From an uncultured delta proteobacterium (GTDB taxonomy: Bacteria; Desulfobacterota; Binatia; JACPRU01): a stretch of 64,000 bases of DNA. The stretch spans positions 448,001-512,000 of the forward strand of contig CAVUWD010000011.1 of NCBI GenBank assembly GCA_963745025.1, written 5' to 3'. Made by a program: the position numbers and the translations under genes. Each line of letters starts with the position of its first letter. Position 1 is the stretch's first letter. Under the pieces are notes generated by a model. It saw nothing but the letters and a program-made list of their open reading frames with translations, was not told where the DNA came from and did not search any database. Positions 40,201 through 49,941 of this stretch are shown here, piece by piece.

Positions 40201-43200
40201 TCACCAGGTGTCGATGCACGGCCGCTTCTTGCCGGCGCCGCGGCGGCGGCGGCGGCGCCGAGCGCGAGCGCGCTCACGATCCAGCGGCGCGACTCCGCCG
40301 GGTCGATCACGTCGTCGATCTCGAAGTGCGACGCGGTGTTCACGCGCCTTGCCGTGCTCGTACATGCGCGTCGACCATCTCCTCGAAGAGCGCCTTGCGC
40401 TCGGCCGGATCGTCGAGCGCCGCGAGCTCCTTGCGGTAGCCGAGCTTCACCGCACCCTCGAGGCCCATGCCGCCGAACTCGCCGGTCGGCCACGCGACGC
40501 GTGAAGAGCGGCGCCTTGAAGCTGCCGCCCGCCATCGCCTGCGCGCCGAGGCCGTAGCCCTTGCGCAGCACGATCGTGAAGAACGGCACGGTGAGGCTCG
40601 CGCCGGTCACGAACATGCGCGCGCGCGTGGCGCACGAGCGCGGTCTTCTCGACCTCGGGCCCGACCATGATGCCCGGGCGTGTCGCAGAGGAACAGGATC
40701 GGGAGGTCGAACGCGTCGCAGAGCTGCATGAAGCGCGCGGCCTTGTCGGCGCCGTCGCGTGTCGATCGCGCCGGCGAGGTGCGTCGGGTTGTTGGCGATG
40801 ACGCCGAGCGGCCGGCCCTCGATGCGCGCGAGCGCCGTGACCATGCCGAGGCCGAAGCCGCGGCGCAGCTCGAGCACCGAGCCGGTGTCGGCGAGCGTCT
40901 CGATCACCGCGCCGCACGTCGTAGACGCGCAGGCGGTTCTCGGGGATGACGGCGCGCAGCACGCGCTGGTCCGCGCATCGCCAGTCGCGACAGCGCGCCC
41001 TGGAAGTAGGAGAGGTACTGCTTCGCGACGCGCGACCGCCTCGGCCTCGTCGGCGACCGGCGACGTCGACCACGCCGTTCGGCACCTGCACGTCGATCGG
41101 GCCGACCTCCTCGGGGCGGAAGACGCCGAGCCCGCCGCCCTCGATCATCGCCGGGCCGCCCATGCCGATGTTCGAGTTCTGCGCGTCGCGATGACGACGT
41201 CGCAGCAGCCGAGCAGCGCGGCGTTGCCGGCGAAGCAGCGCCCGGAGTTGATGCCGACCAGCGGCACGAGCCCGGAGAGCCGCGCCGAAGTAGTGGAACG
41301 CCATGCAGTCGAGGCCCGCGACGCCGAGGCCGTCGGTGTCGCCCGGCCGCCCGCCGCCGCCCTCGGTGAAGAACACGACCGGCAGCCGCCGCTGCTCGGC
41401 GAGCTCGAACATGCGGTCCTTCTTGCGGTGGTTCTGCACGCCCTGCGTGCCGGCGAGCACGGTGTAGTCGTACGACATCACGACGCAGCGCGCGCCGCGT
41501 CGGCTCGAAGAGCTGCCCGTTCACGCTGCCGATGCCGGCGACCAGGCCGTCGGCGGGCGTGCGCTGCGATCAGATCCTCGAGCGTGCGGCGCGCGCGCTG
41601 CGCGGCGATCACGAGCGGGCCGTACTCGACGAAGGTCCCGGGATCGCAGAGGTCGTCGACGTTCTCGCGCGCGGTGCGCTGGCCGGTCTTGCGCCGGCGC
41701 GCGACCGCGTCGGGCCGCGCCGTCGTCGAGCCCGACCGCGTGGCGCTCGAGCACCTCGGCGAGGTCCGGGCCGGATGCGCGTCGAGATCGACCGTCGCCG
41801 CCGCGGCCTCGCGCCGCGCCGTCGACCGTCGCTCGGCTCGAGCGAACACGAGCAGGATGGCCCTCGAACGACGGTGTCGCCCGCGCGCGACGCGCGACGC
41901 GCTCGCACGACGCCGCTGGTCTCGGCCGCGATCACGTGCTCCATCTTCATCGCTTCCATCACGAGCAGCGGCTGACCCGCGCGCACCGCGTCGCCTTCGG
42001 CGACCTCGATGCGCGACGATCGTGCCCTGCATCGGCGCGCGGACGACGGCGGCGCCGGCCGGCGCGGCGCTCGGCGAGGCGGCGCGCCCGCCGCCGAGCC
42101 GCGGCGGCTCTTGCCGTGCGCGAGCACCGCGAGCGGATCGGCGCGCGTCGACCCGCGCGCCGGCGAGCTTCTGTGCCGGCCGCGCCGTCGAGCTCTCGAA
42201 AAACAGTCGTCGCTGCTCGTCGCTCGCCGCCGGAGCCAGCTCCGCGGCGTGCTCCTCGACGAAGCGCGTGTGGATCTCGTTGGCGGCCACGGCGGGATGC
42301 CGGAGCAGCGCCTGCAGGAACGCGAGGTTCGTCGCCACGCCCTCGATCCGGAACTCGCCGAGCGCGCGGTAGGCCCTCGCCACGAGCGCTCGCGAAGCTC
42401 CGGCGAGGCCGAGTGCACGATCAGCTTGGCGAGCAGCGAGTCGAAGCGCGGGCTCGTCGTCGTAGCCGGCGTAGCCGAGCGTGTCGACGCGCACGCCCGG
42501 TCCGGACGGCGGCTCGAACGCCGTGAGCGTGCCGCCCGCCGGCGTCGCCGTGCCGTCGGCGCGCATCGTCTCCATGTTGACGCGCACCTGCGATCGCCAA
42601 GCCGCGCGGCTCGGGAACGTCGCCTGTCGCAAGCCCGAGGGCTTCGAGCGAGCGTCGCCCGCGGCGAGCCGGAGCTGCGCCTCGACCAGGTCGACGCCGG
42701 TCACCTCCTCGGTCACGGTGTGCTCGACCTGCAGGCGCGGGTTCGCCTCGATGAAGACGAAGCCATCGCCGGCGTCGCCGGCGTCGACCAGGAACTCGAA
42801 CGTGCCGAGGCTCTCGTAGCGCGCCGCCTCGGCGAGCCGCACCGCCGCCGTCGGCAGCCGCTCGCGCAGGCTTCGCCGAGCCCCGGGCTCGGCGCGATCT
42901 CGACGAGCTTCTGGTGGCGGCGCTGCAGGGTGCACTCGCGCTCCCAGAGGTGACTGACCGCTCCCGTGCCGTCGCCGACGATCTGCACCTCGACGTGCCG
43001 CGCCCGGAGCAGGTAGCGCTCGACGTAGAGGTCGCCGTTGCCGAACGCCGCCTGCGCCTCGGAGCGGCAGCGCTCGAAGGCGTCCTCGAGCGTCGCGGGG
43101 TCCGCCACCACGCGCATGCCGCGGCCGCCGCCGCCGGCGACCGCCTTCAGACGATCATCGCACCCGCGCCGAGCGCGGCGAGGAACTCACGCGCCTCGGC

Positions 43201-43621
43201 GACGGTCGTCGGCCGCGACGTCCCGGGCAGGACCGGCACGCCGCAGCGCTCGGCGAGCGCCCGCGCCCGCCCTTGTCGCCGAAGAGCTCGAGCAGCTCCG
43301 CGCGCGGCCCGACGAAGCGGATCCCCGCCTCGGCGCAGCGCGCGCGAAGGCCGCGTTCTCCGCGAGGAAGCCGTAGCCGGGATGGATCGCGTCGCAGCCG
43401 GCCTCGCGCGCCACGGCGACGATCTGCTCGACGTCGAGGTAGGCGGCGGCGCCGCTTCCCCGCAGCGGCCGCGCCTCGTCGGCCCGGCGGACGTGCAGGC
43501 AACGCGCGTCGTCCTCGGAGAAGACCGCGACGGTGCGCATGCCGAGGTCGGCCGCCGCCCGCAGGATGCGGATGGCGATCTCGCCGCGGTTCGCGACCAG
43601 AAGGCTCTTCGGACGGCTCAA
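40201..43621 (-). CDS. Single-chain biotin-dependent acyl-CoA carboxylase (BC-BCCP-CT), many frameshifts
   Basis: [74 protein letters not shown] stop, spread over many frames. Confidence 0.8.
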
Positions 43622-43749
43622 CGTCTGTACTCTAGCGAGCTTCCCTAGGGACTCCAACGAGGGGCTAGCTTGTGGACTAGAACCTCGCCCGAACCCGGGA
43701 GACCGTACGGAGGATCGCGACCAACGGGAGCGATCTGTGACCGAGGCTC

Positions 43750-44262
43750 CTAGACGTCCCCGATCGGACGGTCGCGCGCGAGCTCGCGCATCGTCGTCAG
43801 CGCGAAGGCGGCGAGCGTGTCTTCGGGATCGAAGAAGCGCGTCTCGACGAAGTTCGTGCGGCCGCGCCGCTTGACGAGCCGGCTCTCCATGAGGAACTCG
43901 GGGCCGACGATCGGCTCGAAGAAGTCGACTCGCAGATTGGTCGTCGCGAGCCAGGTGCGAAAGCGCTCCTCCACCCGCGACTCGCCCGCGCGCACGGTGA
44001 AGAGAGCCACGAGGTCGACGTAGGTCGGCGTGAAGCCGCCGAAGAGCTGGCCGCGCGGGTTGCGGACGTGGTGCGGCAGATGCGCACGGATCTTCAAGAA
44101 CCCCTGGCTCTCCTCGAGGACCTTCCACTCGTGGGCCTGCAAGAAATCGCCGGCCGGATGACCCTTGCCGAGGAGCTGGCCCGGTTTGCGGGAGGCCCAC
44201 GCGCGGAGGAACGCCGGCTGCTCGGGCTTCACGCTGCTCATGAAGGGATCGAGTCGGGGCAT
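43750..44262 (-). CDS. PaaI/hotdog-fold thioesterase
   Basis: [26 protein letters not shown]. Confidence 0.8.
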   Translation of the reverse strand: MPRLDPFMSSVKPEQPAFLRAWASRKPGQLLGKGHPAGDFLQAHEWKVLEESQGFLKIRAHLPHHVRNPRGQLFGGFTPTYVDLVALFTVRAGESRVEERFRTWLATTNLRVDFFEPIVGPEFLMESRLVKRRGRTNFVETRFFDPEDTLAAFALTTMRELARDRPIGDV

Positions 44263-44346
44263 GACGGGCGCACACTCTACCTGCGTGCGGCGCGGAGTCT
44301 AGGGCCGCTTGACTTCGCGCCCCCGAGGGCGGAGGCAATCCCCCGC

Positions 44347-45366
44347 GTGAAGCCCGTATCGTTCGAGACGCTCCGGCGGCAGGCCGCGACCCTCCAGGTC
44401 GCGGAGCGATTCTTCGACTCGGCGGTCCTCTTCGCTCTGTTCGAGCTCGGCATCTTCGCCGCGCTCGCGAGCGGGCGAAAGACGCTCGACGACCTGCAGC
44501 AACAGACCCGCGGGGACCGCGACACGCTCGAGGCGATCCTCGACGCCGCGGTCGCTCTGCGGGTGCTGTCGCGGAAGGATGGGGCGTACGAGGCGAGCGG
44601 CGTGCTCCTCGATTGCCTGGGACGTGCCGGCTCGCCTCAGTACGTCGGCGAGTGGATCTCGTGGCTGCATGCCGTCGCGCCCTCGCTGATGCGCTTGGCC
44701 TGGTCCGTGCGGTCCGCAGAGCCGGGAATCGCCGCCGACCTCGGCCCGGGCGACGGCATGCTCGATCGCATCCGTACGCGCGCCATGGACGTCTATGCCC
44801 GCACGCACGCTCCGGAGTTGGCGGAGCGGATCGACTTCTCCGCGACGAATACGCTGCTCGATCTCGGCTGCGGATCGGGCGCCTATTCGTTCGCGATCGT
44901 GGAGCGGCATCCCAAGGTCTCTGCCACCCTGCTCGACGTCCCGGAGGTCATCGCCGAGGCGCGCGCGATCGCCACCGGCCGCGGGCTCGCCGAACGCTTG
45001 GACTTCATCGCGGGCGACGCCCTGACGTGCAAGCTCGGCCGATCGTTCGACGCCGTCCTCGTCTCGAACGTCCTCCACATGCTCGGCGAGGCGGGCTCTC
45101 GCACGCTCCTGCGCCACTGCCACGAGCTCTTGCGGCCGGGCGGTCGGATCGTCGTCCAAGGACAGTTCCTCGACGAGGACCGCGCGTCGCCACGCTGGGC
45201 GACGCTGCTCAACTTGATTCTCCGTGCCGTGACGAGGGAGGGCCGGAACCACAGCGCGGCCGAGGGCTTGGCGTGGCTCCGCGAGGCTGGCTTCGCGGAG
45301 GCGCACCACGTTCGCTTCTCCCCCTGGAACGCGAACAGCGCCTTGGTGGGTAGCCGAGCGAATTGA
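44347..45366 (+). CDS. SAM-dependent methyltransferase with N-terminal dimerisation domain
   Basis: [10 protein letters not shown] wHTH-like start, [20 protein letters not shown]. Confidence 0.88.
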   Translation: MKPVSFETLRRQAATLQVAERFFDSAVLFALFELGIFAALASGRKTLDDLQQQTRGDRDTLEAILDAAVALRVLSRKDGAYEASGVLLDCLGRAGSPQYVGEWISWLHAVAPSLMRLAWSVRSAEPGIAADLGPGDGMLDRIRTRAMDVYARTHAPELAERIDFSATNTLLDLGCGSGAYSFAIVERHPKVSATLLDVPEVIAEARAIATGRGLAERLDFIAGDALTCKLGRSFDAVLVSNVLHMLGEAGSRTLLRHCHELLRPGGRIVVQGQFLDEDRASPRWATLLNLILRAVTREGRNHSAAEGLAWLREAGFAEAHHVRFSPWNANSALVGSRAN

Positions 45367-45415
45367 CGATCGCCGAGAAGTCGTGCAGCAAGCGGCGCGA
45401 AGGAGTCGAAGCATC

Positions 45416-46753
45416 ATGCCGATCAAGCCGGAGTTCGACGTTGGGATCATCGGAGGCGGGCCGGCCGGCTCGGCAGCCGCAGGCTATCTCGCCAAGGCAG
45501 GCGTTCGCTGCGTCGTGTTCGAGCGCGAAATCTTTCCGAGGCCTCACGTCGGCGAGTCGTTCGTCCCCTCGACGACGAGGGTGCTGCGGGATCTCGGCTT
45601 CATCGATCAGATGGAGAACGCGAAGTTCCCCAGAAAGTACGGCGCGGCCTGGACCAGCAGCGCGCAGGCCACCTACAGCCACGACTTCCAGGATCTGCCC
45701 ACCGACTACAACGTCGACGTGCGCTTCGAGGAACGGGAGCAGCCGGGGGTGGACCGGAATTACACGTACCACGTGGACCGCGGGCTCTTCGACATGATGT
45801 TACTGCGCCACGCGAGCACCCTCGGCGCCGACGTTCGGGAAGGCGTCCATGTGGGTCAAATCGACTGCGAAGGCGATCCGTTTCCCGTCATCACCGCGAC
45901 GACCGACGGGAAAGAGTTCCGCACGTCGGTTCGCGTGGTGCTCGACGCGAGCGGCCGTCACACGACCCTCGGCTCGCAGCTCCGGTTGAAGGTGACCGAC
46001 CCCGTATTCAACCAGTTCGCGATCCACACCTGGTTCGAGGATTTCGACCGCGGATCGGGACCGAAGGCCGATTACATCTTCATTCACTTCCTCCCGGTCA
46101 CCAATAGCTGGGTCTGGCAGATTCCCATCACCACGACCGTGACGAGCTTCGGCGTGGTGACGCAGAAGCACAACTTCGCCAAGTCTCGCGCCTCGCGCGA
46201 ACAGTTCTTCTGGGACTGCGTCGCCAGCCGGCCCGAGCTTCTCGAAAAGCTCCGTCAGTCGCGTCAGGTCCGGCCGTGGAAGGAAGAGGGCGATTACAGC
46301 TACGCGATGAAGCAGATCTGCGGCAACGGATTCGCGCTCATCGGAGATGCCGCTCGGTTCGTCGACCCGATCTTCTCGAGCGGGGTGTCGATCGCCATGA
46401 ACAGCGCGCGGCTGGTCGCCGCGGACGTGCTTCGCGGGCTCGAGCGCGGCGGACCGTTCACCCGCGAGAGCTTCCGCGAGTTCGAGGCGACCATGCGCCG
46501 CGGGACCAACAACTGGTACAAGTTCATCACGCTCTACTACCGCCTGAACGTGCTGTTCACGTACTTCGTGTCGAACCCGAAGTACCGCACGCAGGTGATT
46601 CAGCTGCTCCAGGGAGATCTCTACGACGAGGACGAGCCACCGGTGCTGACGAAGATGCGCGAGCTCGCCAAGACCGTCGAAGACAACGAGAACCACATCT
46701 GGCACTCGATGCTCGGCACGCTGACGGCGAACGCGTTTCGGCCGGCGTTCTAG
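45416..46753 (+). CDS. Flavin-dependent halogenase, carrier-protein-substrate type (PltA/Bmp2-like)
   Basis: GGGPAG, FPRPHVGES, FPRKYGA (catalytic Lys), WVWQIP, GDAARFVDPIFSSGV. Confidence 0.88.
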   Translation: MPIKPEFDVGIIGGGPAGSAAAGYLAKAGVRCVVFEREIFPRPHVGESFVPSTTRVLRDLGFIDQMENAKFPRKYGAAWTSSAQATYSHDFQDLPTDYNVDVRFEEREQPGVDRNYTYHVDRGLFDMMLLRHASTLGADVREGVHVGQIDCEGDPFPVITATTDGKEFRTSVRVVLDASGRHTTLGSQLRLKVTDPVFNQFAIHTWFEDFDRGSGPKADYIFIHFLPVTNSWVWQIPITTTVTSFGVVTQKHNFAKSRASREQFFWDCVASRPELLEKLRQSRQVRPWKEEGDYSYAMKQICGNGFALIGDAARFVDPIFSSGVSIAMNSARLVAADVLRGLERGGPFTRESFREFEATMRRGTNNWYKFITLYYRLNVLFTYFVSNPKYRTQVIQLLQGDLYDEDEPPVLTKMRELAKTVEDNENHIWHSMLGTLTANAFRPAF

Positions 46754-46941
46754 CCTGAAGCGAACGTACTTGGAGCGATCGCGCACACGGGCCCGGACCC
46801 GACTTGGACGCACACGAGCTCTTCCTCGGAGCCGCGGATGCCTCCAAGGACGACCCCCGCGACTCCCCTGGCGTTCGCGAACGTGTCCGAGTCGGGTGCG
46901 GGCTTCGTGCACTCCGCGGGCGAGACTATTTCCGGTCGAGC

Positions 46942-48087
46942 CTAGAGACCGAGCTTCGTCGCGATGATGTGTCGCTGGATCTCGGAGGTGCCGGAATAGA
47001 GCGTGCCGCCGATCGCGTCGCGGAGCTCTCGCTCGTAGGGTAGCGCGGTCGTGTAGCCGTATCCGCCGTGGATCTGAATCGCGTCGAGGCACGACTCGAC
47101 GAACGCTTCCGAGACGTAGAGCTTGGCCATCGCCGATTCGAGCTCCGCGCTCCGCCCTTGCTCCTTCAACGATCCGACACGGTAGACCAGCGGCCGCGCA
47201 GTCTCGAGGCGAAGCTTCATGGCGACGATGCGGTTCGCGACCGACTGGAACTTGCCGATTGCCTGTCCGAACTGCTTTCTCCGCTGGGCGTGCACGATGC
47301 ATTCCTCGAGCTGCCGTCGCATGGTACCGAGGCAGCTCGCGAGAATGCATCCGCGCTCCCACTCCATCGAGGAGTGAAACACCTCCGCACCTCGCCCTTC
47401 GCGGCCGAGACGGTTCTCCACAGGCACGCGAACATCCTCGAAGGTGACCTCGGCCATCGGCGAGGTCCTGAGACCCGTCTTGTCGATCGGGCTCCGCACG
47501 GTGACGCCCGGCGTGGAACGCTCGACGAGAAACGTCGAGATGCCCAGGACTCCACGCGCGGGGTCGGCCGTGGCGTACGTCAGGAACAGGTCGGCGACGG
47601 GCGCGTTGCTGACGAAGGTCTTGGCGCCGTTCAGCGCGTAGCCGTCGCCGTCGCGGACGGCGCGCGTGCGGAGCGCGAACACGTCCGACCCCGCGTCCGC
47701 TTCGCTCGCGGCGTTCGCGCCGATGGACGTGCCGTCCGAGAGTCCGCGAAGATATCGCTCCTTCTGCGCGCTCGTGCCGTGGAGCAGGATCGGCATCGAC
47801 ACGCTCCAAAGGTGCGCGTTGATCGAGAAGAGCAGGCCGTGGTCTCTGCAGGCGTAACCGAGTCCCTCCATCACGGCAATCGTCGCGAGCGGTCCCTCTC
47901 CCCGTCCGCCGTACTCGGGTGGGATCGGCAGACCGTGAACGCCGAACTCCGCGCAAGCGCGCCAACCTTCGCGCGAGAACGTGCCCGACCGATCCGCGGC
48001 GGAGACGTCGAAGGTCAACCGGCTGCGCGCGAACGCGATGGCCGCCCGCTGCAGCTCCTCGTGCTCGGGGCTCAGGCCGAAGAGCAT
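46942..48087 (-). CDS. L-prolyl-[carrier protein] dehydrogenase (PltE/RedW-like acyl-CoA dehydrogenase)
   Basis: SINAHLW, MEWER, GGTLYSGTSEIQR; coupled to adenylation and carrier genes. Confidence 0.82.
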   Translation of the reverse strand: MLFGLSPEHEELQRAAIAFARSRLTFDVSAADRSGTFSREGWRACAEFGVHGLPIPPEYGGRGEGPLATIAVMEGLGYACRDHGLLFSINAHLWSVSMPILLHGTSAQKERYLRGLSDGTSIGANAASEADAGSDVFALRTRAVRDGDGYALNGAKTFVSNAPVADLFLTYATADPARGVLGISTFLVERSTPGVTVRSPIDKTGLRTSPMAEVTFEDVRVPVENRLGREGRGAEVFHSSMEWERGCILASCLGTMRRQLEECIVHAQRRKQFGQAIGKFQSVANRIVAMKLRLETARPLVYRVGSLKEQGRSAELESAMAKLYVSEAFVESCLDAIQIHGGYGYTTALPYERELRDAIGGTLYSGTSEIQRHIIATKLGL

Positions 48088-49664
48088 CGTTCGATCATTA
48101 CCCCACGCCGCTCGTCGGCTTCGAGTCGGCGGTAATCGACCTTGCCCGTCGACGTGCGCGGTAGTGCATCGGCAAAGGCGAAGTGGTCGGGAATCATGTA
48201 GTCGGGCAATACGTCCGCACAGAAGCGCTTGAGCTCGATCACCGACGGACGAGGCTTGCGAGACAGTCCGAGAAACGCCTTCACGCGAAGACCGTCGACG
48301 TCGTCGGCAAGCGCGATCACCGCCGCCTCGCGAACCACCGGATGACGATGAAGGGCCGCTTCGATCTCGCCGAGCTCGACACGATACCCGCGACGCTTCA
48401 CCATCCGGTCCCGCCGGCCGAGAAACTGGTACTCTCCCTCGCCGTTCTCCACGACGACGTCGCCGGTCCGGTACCATCGCTCGCCCGGGGCCATCTCGAG
48501 AAAGGCTCGCTCCGTCTCCCCCGGCCGGTTCCAGTAGCCGAGCATCACCGTGGGCCCGCGCACGCACAGCTCGCCTTCCGAGCCGGCAGGCACGGGGCGA
48601 CCGCTTGCGTCGACGACGATCGTGCGGAGATGCGAGCAGGCTCGTCCGATCGGGTAAGGCCGAGCGCGATCCTCGGGAATCGTCGGCGGGATCTCGAACG
48701 CGGTACAGACGTTGGTCTCGGTCGGCCCGTAGAGGTTGAAGTACCGGGGCGCTGGCCAGAGCGACTGTAGCGCGCGCAGAGGCACGACCGGGAATACCTC
48801 TCCGGCGAAGAGCACCAGACGCAAATCGGGATAGCGCCGGCGCGCGAGCTTGCCGTACCTCGCGAGCAAGGCGAGCACCGAAGGAACGGAGTACCAAACC
48901 GAGATCCGCCGCTCGGCGATGAGCGCCGCCAGCCGCAGCGGCTCCTTCCCCGTGGCGTCGCTGATCAACACGACGCGCGCGCCGTGGCGGATCGCGACGT
49001 AGAGATCGAAGGCAGACAAGTCGAAATGCAGGGGCGCGTGCGACGAGAAGCAATCGGCGGACGTGGGGTGGAACGTCTGCGAAGCCCAGTCGACGAAGCT
49101 CAAGGCGGCGGCGTGCGAGATCATCACGCCTTTCGGCGTCCCCGTCGACCCCGACGTATAGAGGACGTAGGCGGGCTCACCGGGGTGAGCGTCCACGGCG
49201 TCAAGCGCGGGCGGGCGGCCAGTTCGAGGGCTCTCTGCCAGGGCTTTCCGCAGACCGTCGCCGCGACCCACGTCGTCGAGCGTGACCACGGACGCCTCCG
49301 CGAGATCCTCGCGGAGCGGATCGGCGGATCGGCGCTCGAGCACGGCCGCGCTCACCCGAGCGTCCCTGACGATCGCGCGGTTTCGCTCGGCCGGTGCGCT
49401 CGGGTTCAGGGGCAAGTACGCGGCACCCACCTTCATCGCGGCGAAAATGGCGGCGACGGCGTCGATCGACTTCGGTACGCAGACGGCCACACGATCTCCG
49501 CGCCGTACTCCGAGCCGCCGAAGCGCCTCGCCGGCCGCGTCCGCGAGCGCCGCGAGCTCGTCGTACGTGATCGAGGCACCGCCTTCCTCTTCGAGGGCAA
49601 CTCGGGCCGGCCAAGCTTCGGCGGCACGCCACAGGAGCTCGTGCAGGAGCCGAATCTCAGCCAT
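48072..49664 (-). CDS. Stand-alone proline adenylation enzyme (PltF/RedM-like)
   Basis: YTSGSTGTPKG, FDLS, NLYGPTETNVC, YRTGD, PRTSTGKVD; pocket read by eye as DLFYLALVCK. Confidence 0.85.
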   Translation of the reverse strand: MAEIRLLHELLWRAAEAWPARVALEEEGGASITYDELAALADAAGEALRRLGVRRGDRVAVCVPKSIDAVAAIFAAMKVGAAYLPLNPSAPAERNRAIVRDARVSAAVLERRSADPLREDLAEASVVTLDDVGRGDGLRKALAESPRTGRPPALDAVDAHPGEPAYVLYTSGSTGTPKGVMISHAAALSFVDWASQTFHPTSADCFSSHAPLHFDLSAFDLYVAIRHGARVVLISDATGKEPLRLAALIAERRISVWYSVPSVLALLARYGKLARRRYPDLRLVLFAGEVFPVVPLRALQSLWPAPRYFNLYGPTETNVCTAFEIPPTIPEDRARPYPIGRACSHLRTIVVDASGRPVPAGSEGELCVRGPTVMLGYWNRPGETERAFLEMAPGERWYRTGDVVVENGEGEYQFLGRRDRMVKRRGYRVELGEIEAALHRHPVVREAAVIALADDVDGLRVKAFLGLSRKPRPSVIELKRFCADVLPDYMIPDHFAFADALPRTSTGKVDYRRLEADERRGVMIERCSSA

Positions 49665-49941
49665 GGGTCGAGCGAAGCTTCGAATGCACGAAGCGAACGA
49701 TTCGTCCGATCGAGTCCAGATTGTCGAAGTCCGCCTCGTGGGCTTCGACCTCGAATCCAAATCGAGTCTCCAAGAAGCCGACGAGCTTCAGGGCCGCGAT
49801 CGAATCGAGGATCTTTCCGCTGATGAGCAGAGTGTCCTCACCGAGCTCCGAGGGATCTTCGCCGGGCAGAAATTCCGTCAGAATGAAGCTCTTCACGGCT
49901 TCGCCGATCTCGCTGTCCACGGGGGTAGACGGATCGTTCAT
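49657..49941 (-). CDS. Acyl/peptidyl carrier protein (PltL/DltC-like)
   Basis: 94 aa, acidic, SGKILDSI phosphopantetheine Ser motif. Confidence 0.88.
   Translation of the reverse strand: MNDPSTPVDSEIGEAVKSFILTEFLPGEDPSELGEDTLLISGKILDSIAALKLVGFLETRFGFEVEAHEADFDNLDSIGRIVRFVHSKLRSTHG

Noticed and set aside
46942-49053. 703-aa acyl-CoA dehydrogenase with a long N-terminal extension
   Set aside because: The extension is an off-frame overlap with the adenylation gene; the real start is most likely 48087 (MLFGLSPE).
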